DNA from: Macrostomum lignano
Taxonomy: Eukaryota
Assembly: GCA_002269645.1 (NCBI GenBank)
Contig: NIVC01000594.1
Span: 372,001 to 436,000, forward strand
Direction of reading: 5' to 3'
Length of the DNA: 64,000 bases
Part shown: positions 49,659 through 64,000 of the stretch, piece after piece
Numbering within the stretch: the first letter of the stretch is position 1
How the letters are laid out: each line of letters opens with the position of its first letter
Notes under the pieces: model-generated
Told to the model about the DNA's origin: nothing
Databases searched by the model: none
Seen by the model: only the letters and a program-made list of their open reading frames with translations
Translations under genes and position numbers: made by a program

Positions 49659-50117
49659 ATGACTTCAACGACTGACCCGAATTCTACCGCGGCGTCGAAC
49701 GGCACAACTGATACAATATTTAAATTCAATGTTGTCAACGTACTCTATCTGGTATTCTTTGGCGTCCTGCTTCTTGGCTGCTTCTTAATACCCGCTGGCA
49801 TCTGCTTAGTGCAGAGATTGATTAATTGCACCTGTCCCAAGAAACAGAGCCCGGCACAAGAATTGCCAACGGCTGAGAAGTCACGGCTAATGTCTAGGAA
49901 GGACAGTACGGACACTCTGGAACAAACCTTTACGGAATTAAACAAAGCGGCCGAACGTGACGCTCGCGCTAGCGACATGCTATTCCGTCGGTCTACTGCT
50001 GTCGCTAGAAGTAGTAGCAAAAATAGGCCTGTAGTTTTTGGCAAACCTGAGCCCGAGAAGCGGAAGGATAGCAACTCGTCTGTTATTAGCCAAGTTGAGT
50101 GCTCCGTCAATGTTTAA
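49659..50117 (+). CDS. Small single-pass membrane protein, 152 aa
   Basis: S/T-rich N-terminus with N-glycosylation sequons NST and NGT, hydrophobic run VLYLVFFGVLLLGCFLIPAGICLV, juxtamembrane Cys, and a basic/Ser-rich tail ending SVNV. Confidence 0.65.
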   Translation: MTSTTDPNSTAASNGTTDTIFKFNVVNVLYLVFFGVLLLGCFLIPAGICLVQRLINCTCPKKQSPAQELPTAEKSRLMSRKDSTDTLEQTFTELNKAAERDARASDMLFRRSTAVARSSSKNRPVVFGKPEPEKRKDSNSSVISQVECSVNV

Positions 50118-50442
50118 ACTGACTGTCCAGCCATATTAAATGCTTTCTCTGGAATAGGACGGTAAATCTGCGGCTAGATACTTAATTTTGTTTTTCTATC
50201 CTAAAATTTCAAATGTCTCTCTGTTTTTGTATTTTTTAAGTTCTATTAGCTCGTACAAATAAAATAATATAATATACGCGAACACTTAAAATACATTGTC
50301 TTCCCTTGATATATTCCAGTCTTATTATCACAGCACAAACTAAATACCTGAGTAAAGGTGCAAGCATGAGATAGGGTGGCACTAACTCAACAATTCCGTA
50401 GATAGGTGGGTCACAGTGCCAGACAACTTCAAGCCCGCCGAG

Positions 50443-63992
<13,550 letters not shown>

Positions 63993-64000
63993 ACCGCATT

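Overview
Eukaryotic, intron-rich animal DNA. GC-rich exons with poly-Ala/Gln tracts and a different tandem repeat in most introns suggest a flatworm such as Macrostomum, but this is inference only. Genes reconstructed by hand from splice sites and reading-frame phase, in order: the 5' part of an atypical (O2-sensor type) soluble guanylate cyclase (-); an unrecognised 3-exon ~680-aa gene (-); an unrecognised 185-aa ORF (+); an FSIP1-like gene (-); a multi-exon MGCGSS-start coiled-coil gene (+) with an internal frameshift; a GH47 alpha-1,2-mannosidase (-); a 4-EF-hand calmodulin-like gene (-); a small single-pass membrane protein (+); and a complete GCN2/EIF2AK4 (+). Mobile DNA includes a full-length Ty3/Gypsy (Mag-like) element inside a (TCTG)n array, with identical 314-bp LTRs and one in-frame TAG in gag-pol. 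It also includes a tRNA-derived SINE family (one copy with a 10-bp TSD), inverted-repeat elements with internally amplified repeats, a 35-bp hAT-like micro-element with an 8-bp TSD and a probable Helitron-type element. There is no CRISPR array, rRNA or intact tRNA gene. I found no unambiguous new biological system. The best leads are the LTR element's unusual features, the intronic satellites that mimic splice signals, the X-box-linked O2-type cyclase and the two orphan genes.
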